Shown here: positions 23,279-36,460 of the stretch, piece by piece | How the letters are laid out: the number at the start of each line of letters is the position of its first letter | Position numbering within the stretch: position 1 is the first letter of the stretch | Assembly: GCA_030704615.1 (NCBI GenBank) | Contig: CM060731.1 | Location: 17,980,001 to 18,044,000 of the forward strand | Length of the DNA: 64,000 bases | Reading direction: 5' to 3' | Origin: Takakia lepidozioides | Lineage: Eukaryota; Plantae; Bryophyta | Translations under genes and position numbers: made by a program | Notes under the pieces: model-generated | What the model was told of the DNA's origin: nothing | The model's database searches: none | Seen by the model: the letters and a program-made list of their open reading frames with translations, nothing else

Positions 23279-24590
23279 TATTCACTGGCCAGGTGTGTTG
23301 AAAGTTGTGTGGCATCAAGTGCTTATGGCTTTTCTCACACCTGAAAAGCAACATAACGGAGTGCTAATTCTGTAAGATTGGGAACTACCTGCAATGGCTG
23401 TCAGGGGATTCTGAGATTTTTCTTCCCACACGGCTTTGCTCCAGTGATGATCAATGGTCATGCACTGCTTGGCTCCAGAAAATTCTCCGTTACAGTAAAG
23501 AACCCACCTCATGAATTATGCACTATACAAGTAGGAACACAACAAGCCCAATGGCAGCAGAAATACTAGCTGTACTGCATGATAAGTTTGGACTGAAAAT
23601 GCTACAGGAGATGTACTTCCAAAAACACTGGATTTCGAAAGTGGAACCAACCAGATCGCATTCAAGACTTCCAGTCCCGATATCAGAAGACGCTCCGGCG
23701 GATTGTGCACCCAATGCTTCAGGCTTCCCAAGAACTGGGTCAATATCTCCATGCTGGCCTCTTTCACAGGAATTGGTGCTCCCCAACCCAGCCACCCCTT
23801 CCACTAGATCCTTGCTCGTACCTCCCGGTACAATGCTGTCATTGCTATGCTTCATGATGGAGAGAAATGTAGCAGCAAGCCCTGATATATGGCTAGAGAG
23901 GGGAATCTTGGTGGGCTAGTACATGACGAAGACGACAACCCATGTGGTTTGCATAACGAAAACCCTTAGTAAATGGGAACGGACCGTTTACTAGCACAAA
24001 AGCTCTTTCTTTCTTTTTTGGGGGTTGTGTTTTGTCCAAGTGTGCAGAGTGTTGCAGCGGCGTTGCAGAGAAGGGGATGGTCTTGGGAGGGGCACGCGTG
24101 CCTGCGTGTGAGTGCGGTCCGGAAAGAGGAAGGGGGCACGATGGTGGGAGAGCCCGATGCTTCAGTGGAAGCAGGAAGGGGCGGAAATGTCACTGTGCTC
24201 GTGCGATGCTCTAACGGCAACAAGTTTCCTGTGGCTGTGGATTTGTTGTGCACAGTGGGGGAGTTGAAGGGTCTGCTTGTGGAAAGATCTGAGATTCCAG
24301 CCCTCCAGCAGCGCCTCATATATAAAGGCCGTGTGCTCAAGGATGAGAATTCGCTTGATAGCTATGGTGAGTGTACTTGGCCGGCTGGTTTGGTACGGTG
24401 TCTATCCGGGAGGGAACCGTTTTGCGGACTGGAAGCTTAGCCAGGTTGCTAGGTTTTTCTCCTCGGAGTTTCTAGTCAGCTTGTATTCCCCGTTCTCGTG
24501 GATGCCGCAGAGCAAGTCATTGCAGAATTTGTCGGGTTCCCTCCTGGTGCATGCATTTTCTGCAAAGGATAACGTCTGAGGGAGACCATG
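23279..24590. promoter_or_regulatory. Direct repeat copy 2: native ubiquilin promoter, 5' UTR, exon 1 and start of intron 1; likely bidirectional
   Basis: Matches 18170-19290. Lies between the divergent 5' ends of the minus-strand nuclease and the plus-strand ubiquilin. Carries a minus-strand splice signal TTGCTTTTCAG|GTGTGAG at about 23340. Confidence 0.75.
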
Positions 24591-27500
24591 ATTCTCGCCA
24601 TTCATTTGTCGGAGAATTTTCTCTGCTACAATGGCAGGAAATATTTATTGCTCCATCTGGTTTGATTTGCTTGTGTCTAATTCGGCATCCTTTTCCGAGG
24701 TTGAAGGGCATGAGTTTCCTGTAGGATAGCGCACAGATATTTTGATTTCTACTTTTACAGGACATCAGGTGTCAATATTGTGGACATGCTGGTAGGAAGC
24801 CGCTGTAATTCATGTACATGGCATCGTGTACTTCTGGAAGCCATAGGCTTAGGAAGGTGGAAAAGTATGAAGAGGGTGGAAGCTTTTGTGCTGTTTGATT
24901 CTTAACACATGCATTTTGAAGCGAATAATGTAGAGAATAGTAATAAGCCAAGACTGTCAAGGTGTGGGGATAGTGTACCATGCAACCTGCAGTAGAGTAG
25001 ATGTGCTTCTTTCGGAATGCCCTCTACCCTGATCTGGGTATCTTGGTTCTATTGACCTCATCATGGCGAATCTGCTAAGGAGTCTGTTGCCCTCATGGTT
25101 GCTTGTATGAATTTCTCTTTGGGTACAGTCCCTAGCTGTATTTTTGGAGTTGAAACCAACTCAAAAATCATAGCTGAGAAGCTGCTGAATGAAGGGCATG
25201 GTGGCAGGCCAGACCTTACCAATTACAAGTTGAACTTGGGTTGTGCAATGTATGTTGTTGTGTGAGTTCCAGTGAAATTTTCACCATGCATGTCATGCTG
25301 TTGACGTGACCACGATCAATTGATGCTACCAGGGTTACAAGCCGAGCACACGGTGCATCTGGTCCGCGGAGCGCCATCAAGTTCACCGACGTCAGGTGGT
25401 CCTGCACCCATCTCTGTTCCAACAGCAGTCTCTGAGACTTCAGCTGCTCCAGAAGCCAATCCTACAGGTTTAGGGCTGGGGGACCTTGGCTTCCCTTACT
25501 TGGGGGAAATTGGCGCAGGTGGCACTGCTGGTGCTGGGTTTGGCACGGGGTCTTCTGATTTTCAGCAGGTGCAGCAGCAGCTGATGCAGAATCCCAACCT
25601 CATGAGAGATATGATGAACATGCCAGCAGTGCAAAGCCTGATGAACAACCCAGATCTTATGCGCACCTTGATCATGAGCAACCCACAGATGCAGGATATT
25701 ATTGACCGGAATCCTGAACTAGCCCACATCCTAAATGACCCTGGAACGCTTCGACAGACTCTGGATGCCGCACGGAACCCAGAACTGATGCGTGAGATGA
25801 TGAGGAATACTGACCGTGCTATGAGTAACATTGAGGCTTCGCCAGAAGGATTCAACATGCTGCGGCGTATGTACGAGACAGTTCAAGAGCCTTTGTTGAA
25901 TGCAGCTACCATGGGAGGGGAGGGAGGGAACGACTTGTCCTCCAACCCATTCGCAGTTTTACTGGGTGGTCAGGGACTTACACAAGCAGCAGGCACCACT
26001 GCCCCGGAAAGCACTGGCCCAACTGGAGTAGGCACTGGAACAACAGTTCCCAACACTGCGCCTCTTCCAAACCCTTGGAACCCCACGCGTAAGTGTAGCT
26101 ATATCTTCTCCATCTTTGTCTGTGTTTGTATAGCTAAGTATCCTAATTCTGTTGAAGATATGCTGCTCTGTTGCAATTGTCTTGTCTGTCATCATCTTTG
26201 CTTGCTTAAAGAGTGAACCACCTGCCAATATGTGATAGGCAATATATTTAGGAGGGGAACCTCCTAGGTACAACTTGCTTTTGGTGGAAGCATGTGGTTT
26301 CAATTTTTGGACACATCTTGTGTTGCATTGCCCAGTTCGATTGCAAAGCCTGGAGGTACAGGACAGTGCTATTGTGAAAGCTGTGTGTATTTGTAAAGCA
26401 TGATTGGATTAGCGTTCGACTGCCAAGACTTAATATAGGAGGCACCCTTGGATGGCCTTTGTTGAGAACAGCTCCTCTACAGGTTCCCCCTTTGTTCTTT
26501 CTGCCAGCACTGACTAGGCAGAGATTCTATCAATGGTTGGCCAAACCCTCTCTGTACTTGGTGGACATTCTGGTTAAAGATGTATCAAAGAGTTGCAGTG
26601 CCCTGCAGCAACCTCATAAACCATGGCCCTTGCCTTGCATGGTGCAAGCCATTAGATTTACATCCAGCCTTACTGCCTTGGTTTATGCAACAATGGCAAC
26701 AGCTATTGGCGCTGATGCAGGTACTGGAGGAGCAACTGGAACTGTACCCTCTAGAGGGGCGGGCATGGGACTACCTGTCTTAGGAGGGCTGGCAGGGCTT
26801 GGCTTGCCAGACCTTGGGACATTGAATGGAGGGGGCCTTGTGGATCCCGCCTCTATGCAGCAGATGTTGCAGAACCCGGGCATTCAGCAGATGATACAGG
26901 GGGTGCTATCTAATCCTCAGTACATGAATCAGGTACAGCCCTGGGTCACAAATTTCACTGTCTGGCTTGGCCAGTGTCTTTGTGCAGTTCTGATCACACC
27001 TCAACTCACGTGGTGGGCGAATATGGAACATGGTCTGGTACTGGCCAACGGTTTGGAGATCTATGAAGAGGGTTAGTAAGGACAAGCTACAAGGTGTTCT
27101 TCAATTTCCACCAGGTCTATGTTGGAATGATGGCATGGCATGCATCGGGTGTGCAGGTGATGAACATGCAACCACATCTTCGCACTTTGTTGACTGAGAA
27201 CCCTCAATTCAGGGAAATGATGCAAAGCCCTGGTTTTGTCCAACAGATGAGCAGTCCGGAAAGTTTGCAGGTACACCCTTCGTGTCGTGCTCTCTTCTTG
27301 AATTATTGTTTAGCCTTTTTGTAGATATCATCTGGTAAGGCTACAGCATGGAGCATCTTACGCTTACACCTTTGTTCCACCCAGGGGTTGCTAGCTAACC
27401 ATGGCTGCAGGAATTTGTGGATGAGTGCTGCACGGATATTATAGGGGGCTATGCATGTTTGGAACCTGAAAGGTCAAAGTGTGATAAAGTAGGCAATGAG

Positions 27501-29116
27501 GAGTACTGTTGAAAGAGTCTGTCAGAGTATGATACTGAAATCCTAGTGTTCCAATATCGTTGATCACAATCCATCTGTATTTCGTTTTTCCTTCAGAAGC
27601 TTGAGAAATGTCAAGAGTCCACAAACATATTGTTTACATTTTGAGCTGGTGTGGGTACGGTAGTTAATTTTCTGTGTCTGCATGTGTAATGACCAGCAAC
27701 TGATGCAGCTCCAACAAGCTATGTTTGGCCAACGGCAGGGTCAGCAACAACCTGGACAGTGAGTGCTTGATCCTCTTCAAATCCCTTGAACAATGAAGCT
27801 GTTTCTGTGTCGATTCAGCAAACTACTACGGGGTGCATGCTAGCATCCAACCAAATAACTATTTCTTGATAAGGAATGGAGATAGAGATGTCTTCAGACA
27901 GTTTTCACTGGTGTAGCCTTGCTGCACCTCCACTGCAGTGCATATATCCTCTACCTTGTTGTTATGGATTGCTCCTCACCCTTGACAATTAGAGCACTGT
28001 GTTGTTGGCATGCCATGATGAGAATGACTGTGCACACCAATATACATGCTTCATTGTGTCGTAGTGCCATGTGCAAATAGCGCTGATAAGCTTATAGAAC
28101 TATGTGCCGGACCCATCTGACCACAGTTTCATGACCTAAACTAGCTGCACTGTGCCATGCAAAATCTGGATGACCATTTCGTGTTGTTTGCGCTGCTAAT
28201 TTCCCTACTGTAAAATTTCATCATTAGACATAAGCTTCTGTCATGTTTGTTTATCATGTGATATACCACAGGCTGTGTCAGCAAATAGCATGAGGTTTAT
28301 TAACCTGTATTGTGGCAGAACTCGGGGACAAACTCAAACTACCACTCCTGCCAATCCTGCCTTCGATATAAGCTCACTCCTTTCTATGTTTGGGGGCCTT
28401 GGCAATAACCTGCCATCTACTGCACCTGAAGGTCAGTGTGACCGTAAAGGCATCTTGGGGTTCTAGAGCCATGCATGCAAGCATTGTAAGAAGGTTGTCT
28501 GTCTTTTTGCCTGTTTGGTCGGAAAATTTTGTGGACCCTTGATCTAGGGTGGGTTAATCAGCTCCTACAGTGTGTGAACATGAAAGATGGATATGGTGAA
28601 TAATTTTTCATGGACACGCTGTAGTTTCTAGTTGAAGGTTTTGTAGGGCTATGTTTGTAATACCCACCGTCTGCATGATGGCATCAACAAAGAACCAAAT
28701 GACTGTGTGCAGCTTTGTCATGTGAATAAATGCAGGGACTCACATCTGAGGGGATTTGATGCTAAACTAGCTTAGTAGGCTTTGACACATTAAGCTGCCT
28801 CAGCAGCCTCATGGACCAATATATATGACTGTATGGAGTGCTGTACATTGTGCACAGACCAGCATTATAAACTCCAGATAGAGATCCTTTTTGGACAGGA
28901 TTGAACTGGTTGGTAAGTACTCTTCAGGACCTTTTGTTGACCCCATGGTTGTTGGCTGCAGTAAACACAGTTCCACCAGAGCAGCTGTATGCATCACAGC
29001 TCTTGCAACTCCAAGAGATGGGTTTCTTTGACACACAGGCTAACATTCGGGCTCTCAGTACAGTTGGTGGAAATGTGCATGCAGCTGTTGAGCAGCTCCT
29101 GCAAAACCTTGGTTAA
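24141..29116 (+). CDS. DSK2: Ubiquilin / DSK2 ubiquitin receptor (UBL-STI1-UBA), 7 exons, about 551 aa
   Basis: Exons 24141-24366, 25333-26088, 26703-26932, 27157-27270, 27697-27758, 28319-28431, 28962-29116 with consistent phases. UBL: [29 protein letters not shown]1 repeats: [35 protein letters not shown]: [26 protein letters not shown]...[12 protein letters not shown]. Confidence 0.95.
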
Positions 29117-30514
29117 TGTCACCGCATAGTGGCGGGTTTGCCATTGGCAGTGACACAAGGGTGGAGTAGGTACTGCTCCATTGCCAACTGTTCCTGGTTC
29201 CTGCACAATCAAATACTGCTGCTTTGCACTACAGTCACGGCCAGATGGGTGGGAAAGGATAGGGTTTGGAAAATCCTAGTAAGACATTGTGTGTGGCACT
29301 GGCTGAGAGGTAATTACTTTTTAGAGGTGTGGCTTACGCGTTCTGGTTGTCCATTTGGATGCATTAGAGCTGGGTATGTATGCTAGAGAGATAGCCTTGC
29401 CTAGCTGACTGGGCGTCGTAGTTGTGGCAGCAGCACAAGCATGTGGGCTGGAATGTGGGGGTTGTACCGTTGTCTATTATGATTTAGACATTTAATTCAC
29501 TGCCTGACATCTGAAGATTTGAAGGGAGGGTTGGGGATTTCCTTTTTATTCTAGTGGGCTGTAGTCTTGTGCAATTAGATTGTGGCGTACAGTGTATGTC
29601 TTTCCCTTGCTGGAGGAACAGACTCACAGGTCTGGCCAGACAGGCCCCTTATTAGGTAAGAAAGGGAGGCCATTCTGATGGTAGGAAGGTGTACAGAACC
29701 ATACCGGTTGACGCCTTTTAGCCACAGGGGAAGGCCATACGGGGTAGATGGTAATTGTGTGGGAATTGCATGAAATTTATGAATCCGACATACAGGATTC
29801 CTCCTATGGCATGCCCGAAGGTTTGAGAGAAGGGACTTGGTTTATCTGAGCATGTGGTTTACACCGAATCCAACCTTGCAGGCCTCTAGCGACATAAACC
29901 TCTTGTTGGCGACCTTATGCAGTAATCCCTCCTGTTATTCCTTGAGAGAAGGGAGGCCATGTAAGTTTCCAACTGGGGGTTGAGACTTGTCCTTGTGCGT
30001 GTTAATACTTTGGGCATACAAGCCGCCAGACGAGATTACACATGTAAAAAGAAAAGGAGTATGGGTGGAATGGTGTTGCCCTCACCCTTTGTTGAAGAAA
30101 CTGGCCATTAATTGTGGGTTCTTTTTGCTTGGGACATTGAGTTTTGCAGCAGCCTTTTGGCATGACAGGTGCCCTTTGTTTTTTAATTTAAATCCATTCC
30201 ATCTATCCAGCTCGGTAGTTTGCGGTGAGAGAGAGCCCCCAACGGTCCCGTCAAGCGCCTCCTACAGTTTTTCCGACATTTTTGCCATAGCACACCTCTT
30301 TGTCCACTAAGCCCTTAAAACACGTAGTTAGTATAAGAGCAAACAGGTCTGCCCATGAGAGTTGGCTTGTGTGGCACACTTTTGGAAGAAAATAGAAAAT
30401 ACTAAACACAAGCTCGAAACTCCATTGAGATACCTCACACAAGATGTATTCGCGTCATAGCCCTGTTGATAGTTATTTTTTCCCTGGAGTCTTAAAACAA
30501 TTTAAGGGCTCCAA

Positions 30515-31086
30515 TCCCCCTTATATCAATACATGAAGCAAAGGGGTTAGTTTGTTTGTTTGTTTTGTTTTGTTTTGAGATCTCTCAAACCGCGGGCCAG
30601 CCTTGGTGCTAGGTGCCATTGGAAAGTCCTCAATGAGAGGGGTGCACACCGGCTTGGTCTCATAATTTTTGGACATGCTATGTGGGAGATATCGAATTTC
30701 AAGTACTTGAGGTGCTGGAAATTCCTGAAAAATAGCAAAGTGTTTCTTGGAGCAATGCGATTGGCCCTTCATGTGGGAGATTTGAAATTTCAAGTGTTTT
30801 CGGTCACAAGAAATTCGTGAAAAGAAATAAATTGACAACAATGATTGGCCTTGGGCTTAGATGGGCCTCAATGAGAGACGCCCTTGGATACATAGGAGAT
30901 TGCACTTGGGCCTAGATGACACTTGACACTTGGGCCTTTACATGGGAGATGCACTTGGATACATAGAAGATTGCACTTGGGCCTAGATGGGCCTCCACAT
31001 AGGACACTCACTTGGATAGGTATAGGGGATTACACTTGGACTTAGATAACAGTGGACACTTGGGCCAACGGCACATGCTACCCTAG
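30515..31086 (+). mobile_element. Non-autonomous Helitron
   Basis: A|TCCCCC at the 5' end and CTAG|T at the 3' end (AT target, no TSD). Imperfect hairpin TGGGCC-AAC-GGCACA just before CTAG. (GTTT)n near the 5' end and internal CACTTGG(G/A) repeats at 30840-31070. Confidence 0.55.
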
Positions 31087-31269
31087 TATAAATAAACTAA
31101 AGGGTTAATTTGTGCTACTAAAATAGCCAAGAACCCCCTCCACGATATGTCAAAGGAGACTTTGCAACTGGTCCAAAATTATGGTAAATATTTTTTGAAT
31201 GTCCATAAGCCAAAATAAGTTGGGAGAAAACATCGGCAAACGGGGGGGGGGAGGGATGGAGGAAGAAGA

Positions 31270-34200
31270 GGAGCTCCGCGTTCTGTGGTGAGAGAGAGAC
31301 AGCTTCACAACGGCTCACTTTGATTCTCCTTGGCTATCATCGTCAAGTTCCTTCAAGGATATGATGTTTCCTTCCCACCATCACCATTGTCTCATCTCAA
31401 AGCGTCACGCAGGCCTCTTGATCACCGGATTCCATCCACGACTTGAGCCATTTGTTCTTTTCAGCATACCTGACCTCCGGACGAACGGCCTCACTCCATC
31501 CTTATAAGCTCGCGGATGTCTGTACTGCTTCGCAGTACTAATCAACCCTTAATGCCCAGCCGCCACGCTGCTGGTCTCTCCCTGTCCTCCATGATTAAAT
31601 CCTCTCCCAGCCAATAAACCTCTCTCCCAGCCTTCACAACTAATGATAACCGGCAATCTCTGGCACAACCAGTCATGCAGCCGTCACCAAATCTAATGAC
31701 CCGCCACACTTGACTCCATCACCCTGACCTCTTCCCGCGATCAGCTCTGGCTGTCTCCTTCGTCTCCTCTTCCCTCTCCGGCATCCTTCCTTCTCCTTCC
31801 TTGCTCGTGTTTTACCTTTCTCTCTCCTTGCAATTTCAAAGTTCCGTGCTCCTCGCTTCTCCTCACTCGATCCTCCTGGTTTTAGCATCTATCCCTGCAA
31901 TCCGCTCTCTTTCTTCATCATCTACTTTCCAGCTTCCCCTATGGGACCCATTCTCAACAGAGGATTCAAGGCTGCTCCTGCTAAGTCAGGACCCCCCAGA
32001 TTCTCCGCTCCTCGTCGTTTTCAGCCATCTACGGGAACGGGGTTCTTCATGGCTCATCAGGCTAAATCTAGGAATTTGAGCCTTCAAAGGCCCTCTTCAT
32101 CCAGCATTCCGCTGCCTCCACCCTCTGCGATGGAATCTTCAGAGGCCATGGACCTTGCTCCAATTGTCCAAAGGACTCCCCAGGTAGATTCACTAACCTC
32201 GCAACAAGAACCCACCCCTCCAAGCCACAGTGGGGATCTCATGGAGGGTTTGCAGGAAGACATAGCAACTCTCCAATTGGCAATGGAAAAGGAGCAACCG
32301 CTCATCGACATTGAGATCGACGAGCTGGATAATAGTGTCGCCAGTGTGGAAGACAGAGGGATCTTGCTCCACTTCCCCGGAAAATAAATTGACATGGATT
32401 ATAAGGCACTTGGGAGGCACCGGGGATTTACAACAGCACTTTTGTCATGCGCGGGGAAGGGGTTTCTTCTCGATTATGTTGGACTCCAAAGAGGCAGTTG
32501 ACCAAGCGCTTTCATTCAACCTTCACCTTCATGGTTTCAATGTTAATATCTTTCCTTGGTCTAAGGCTATGGGCAACAGGAACGGCAAAGTGTGGAGCCC
32601 AAGAATCTTGGCCCTCCCATACATCCCAGACCAGCATCTTTTTTTCTTTTTTACTTACCAGCCATTGGCAATTTCTTTGGGGCTCATCTGGGGATGCCTG
32701 GCGTGTCTTTGATCCGAACCTTTGCACTAAAACTTTGAAACAGAATCCAGCGTGGAAGGTACAATTTGCGTCCAGATTGCATGAAACTAGTTTCGCTAAG
32801 ATAACTTGGTAGTCATGATGCCAAACGACACAATCCTCCCACTGGGGGAAGTCACTCCCTGTATAGTTTAGGGAATCACGTGCGATAACGAGGTATTTTC
32901 TATGGGGGTATTACTTTTTTTTTTCCTTTTTTCCTCCACCTTATAATTATTTAATTTTATAATATGCACAATTATCTAGCATGATATTTTTATTTTATTT
33001 TATTTGACTGTAATCATCAAATATTTGATATCTTATAGTAATATTTTTTTTTTTTTAAATTGTCTTAAAGTGCCAAATATTTTATTGCTCAATGCTCTAA
33101 TACATCTATCAAACGAATGAGAAAAACTGTTGCATATTTTGAGTGTAGTGAAAAAATATTCTTTAGGTGAGAGAGCAGGTACCTTATAGCAAATGAACAA
33201 ATTGGAGCTTCCAGGAACACAATGAGGTCAGCAACTAGCATAACATAACACTTGAGTCGGAGAAGAAAACAAAGTGAGAATAAAATAAAACAACCCTACA
33301 CCAAAACACATCCTCCATAAACTAGGTCCTCTCATCCAAGCCGAGTCCCAAGTCCCGTCATCTAGGTCCAACTAGTCATTTATAAAGTCTCAATACAAAT
33401 ATATCATAGAATGAATAACACATGTCCCTCGCCATTGTGACACCCCTATATTAATTCTAAAAAATATGTAATTAGAGCATATATTCATAATCTTATTTTT
33501 ATTTAAATCCGGTATCCACAAATAAGGACACCCAATTTTATTTCTAAAAATATTGTAAATTTTATCTTCAAAGAATATATGTTACCCTAAATTTTTTTGC
33601 ACGTCATTTGAAAAAAAAATGGACCTGGTCCCCCCACAATTCAAGACTGACTATTGACAAAAAAAGGAATTATTTTTCAGTTAAAATCTCAAAGGTTACA
33701 TCTTCTTCAGCTTGCACTATTATTGTGGCCTCTCGGGACACCTCAAAGCTGATTGTCCAAAAGTCAAAAGGAAAAGAGCATCTCAAAATTTCAGGGAGGG
33801 CCCCCACCCATCCCCCATCCATGGTTCCTCTTCTGCCCATGACTCTGTCTCCGACTTATTTAAAAAAATCTACAATGCCAAGTAGCGTTTTTTTTTTGCG
33901 CGAAATTTCACCACTCATAGATCTTTCCGGGATTGGGGTTGGACCTCTCACCATCCATCCATATTCTTGGGCTTATGGACGTTCAAAAAATCTCCGGCTC
34001 CAGCTCCCAAATTCAGGGCCTTTGGGTGGATTATGACCGATTCAGTCAACAACAGTTCTACAACAAAGGCAATGTCAGATCTAGGGACACCCTGCACAAA
34101 GCCTTCACAATATTACATGCCATCCTAGAGGTCGAAGGCTACGAGGCAAATGACGCAATGGAGAGACAGAGACTGTTGGAGCCCCTGCGAACTTACTATA

Positions 34201-36460
34201 ATCCTATAATCCAAAGGGCTCCATATCCACCTCCAACTCCTCCGAATTGCAGTTGTCCCAGGTGCAATCCCAACACGCTTCCCAATTCTCTCAACAAATG
34301 CATGCTGATGCCCCCCCCTCTTCCCCCCTCTCTATTCATTTTTATCATTTTCTCCCCTTATGCATGTAACCCCAAAAAATGCAGGATGCTCTGTCTCCAG
34401 GCCGAGGCAACCCTCCCCTCTTCCTGGAAAATCCTCCCATCCTATCAATTCCCAGCCAAATAGGAATTTTCCATGTATCTAAACTCAACCTCCGGACCTC
34501 TCCCCTTCAGTTACATCCCCATTCCCTTGAAAATTTCCTCCTCATATACGACTTCTTCATGCATCTGTCTAGCAGGCCTGAGGAGGTTCACATTAGATAT
34601 CAGCACTGTGCACGCTTCCAGCCCATTCTCAATGATGGTACCACCATAGCAGACATGATGTACAGTACTTTAGTGGTCTCTGGGATAAGCATGACAGCGT
34701 ATGTCATGCATTTTACGGGCTAGGACACATTTGTCATATTATCATTGTACTGTCAATTTTGCAGTAGCCATACTGATTTATAAATCTGCTGCAGATTATT
34801 CCTTCATAGAAAACCCATCCATCGTGACTCATAGGGGAACGACTTTGTTCCATTCATCCTATGTAGTCTTGGGATCGAATTCCCACAGCATCATTAGATC
34901 ATATAATAGTTAAATCACGTCTTATCTCATTTTAGATAAGCAGGACCATTGCGTGTCTTTATTTTATTTTATTTTTTTAACACACATATGAACTGACCCA
35001 GTAGTTAATGCAGTATAAGGATTGCAGAGAGAGGGAGAGATGAGGGAGAAAAAAAAAAAAAAAGGCGGGGGTTGACGGTGACGATTGAGCTAAAAAAGGC
35101 GGTCTATGCGGCCCCACCTCGCCAGTAATGGGCTTTTTCCCTCCTGCCATCAGACAAGAGAACCATATTCAGATACTTTAATCTTGCCGGGTCATCATTT
35201 GGGACTAACCCTCTCAACATGTCTCCTTTCCAACGATGCAAATTAATATCTCCTCCTAAAACATAAGAGGGTTGGGGTCAGATCAGACGGCTCTAAAAGA
35301 AAAATCAAGCTATCTACCCGGCTAGCTCCCATCATCCCCACTGAGGCAGTGATCTTTCTTCAAGAACATAAACTCAACGACGCTAAAATTCGGAGACTCG
35401 CCGATCAGCTATGGCCTAGGGCTGCGGCTCTATGAAAACCCTCTTTTGATGCAAACCCTCTCCTCCTGAAAGACGAAGTATGGGAACCAGGGAGGGTTCA
35501 ATTATGCTCCATTCTTCTCCCCAAAGACTCTGAACCCACGGCTTTGTTAACATTTATGCCAACAACTTAGTATCGGATAGAACCTTGTTCTGGGATAAAA
35601 TAAACAACCATATATCTTCTCAATCGGATGTCCACAAATGGATTATTGCAGGGGATTCTAACATGGTAGAGAATGCTTTTGATAGGAGGGGTCAGGGAGC
35701 TCACCATCTAGGCTTAGAGGAGGAGCTCTCCTTGCAAACCCTAACCAAAACTCATAGTCTACTTGAGATTGATGTCCCCCCCGTGACCGAAGAGGTACCA
35801 ATCCCTATTATACCTAGTCCAACAATAGAGATATCGCTGACCTTTGCATGGCCCGTTTAGATCGCCTCTACGTTTCCAAACGCCTTTTCAAGAGGAAGGG
35901 GTATCTACAAGCTTAACACATCTCACCTCCGCATCCCTACTTTCCTTCAAAGCCTCAAATCAGCCTGGAAAGAAAGCGGGAATCTTCTTCCCTGCCCGAT
36001 CTATAGGTTTCAAACTAAGCTTTCAGCAGCATGTAGGAAAAGTCAAGCCTTTAGCAGAGAAATTACAGCAGAACAAAAATGGAAAGCCCAAGCTCTTAGG
36101 GAATGTTTAGGGGTCTGCCAAAAGAAGATAGAAGCCAATACCTGTGATGAGCACACCTTCCAGACTTAAATTGAGGCCCGCCACAACCTAGATAGCTATC
36201 ACCTCATTCAAGAACAGAAAATGAAGATGCAAGCCGGGGTCAACTGGTCTATCAAGGGAGAAAAAATGAGTAAGTACTTCTTCCTCAAGATGAAGCAGCG
36301 AAGAGCTCTTCAAGCCATCTCTGAGCTCTATGCAGATTCCCAAGGATCCAAATCCTCTAACCCCAAAACCATGACCTCTTCAGCCTTCCACCATGTCTCC
36401 CATCTGTTTCAAGCTGATCCTCATAACCCCTCCACCAAACCCGTTTGGGAGGAGGCTCTA
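31270..36460 (+). mobile_element. L1-type LINE, 5' part (degenerate ORF1 and AP-endonuclease of ORF2), interrupted by an insertion
   Basis: ORF1 remnant GRGFFSIML...FNVNIFPWS (DUF4283/RRM-like). ORF2 APE motifs IFLQEHK, WIIAGDSNMVE and ARLDRLY, then GEKMSKYFF. Stops and frameshifts throughout. Confidence 0.8.
32841..35215. mobile_element. AT-rich insertion in LINE ORF1, unclassified, with an orphan ORF at 33976-34463
   Basis: LINE ORF1 homology (MMPNDTILP, compare 55266) stops at about 32840 and LINE ORF2-like sequence resumes at about 35220. Abrupt composition change; no clear TSD. Confidence 0.5.

Noticed and set aside
18170-24590. LTR retrotransposon with ~1.2 kb LTRs
   Set aside because: The repeats are ubiquilin promoter and exon 1 sequence. 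No TG..CA ends, PBS, PPT or gag-pol.
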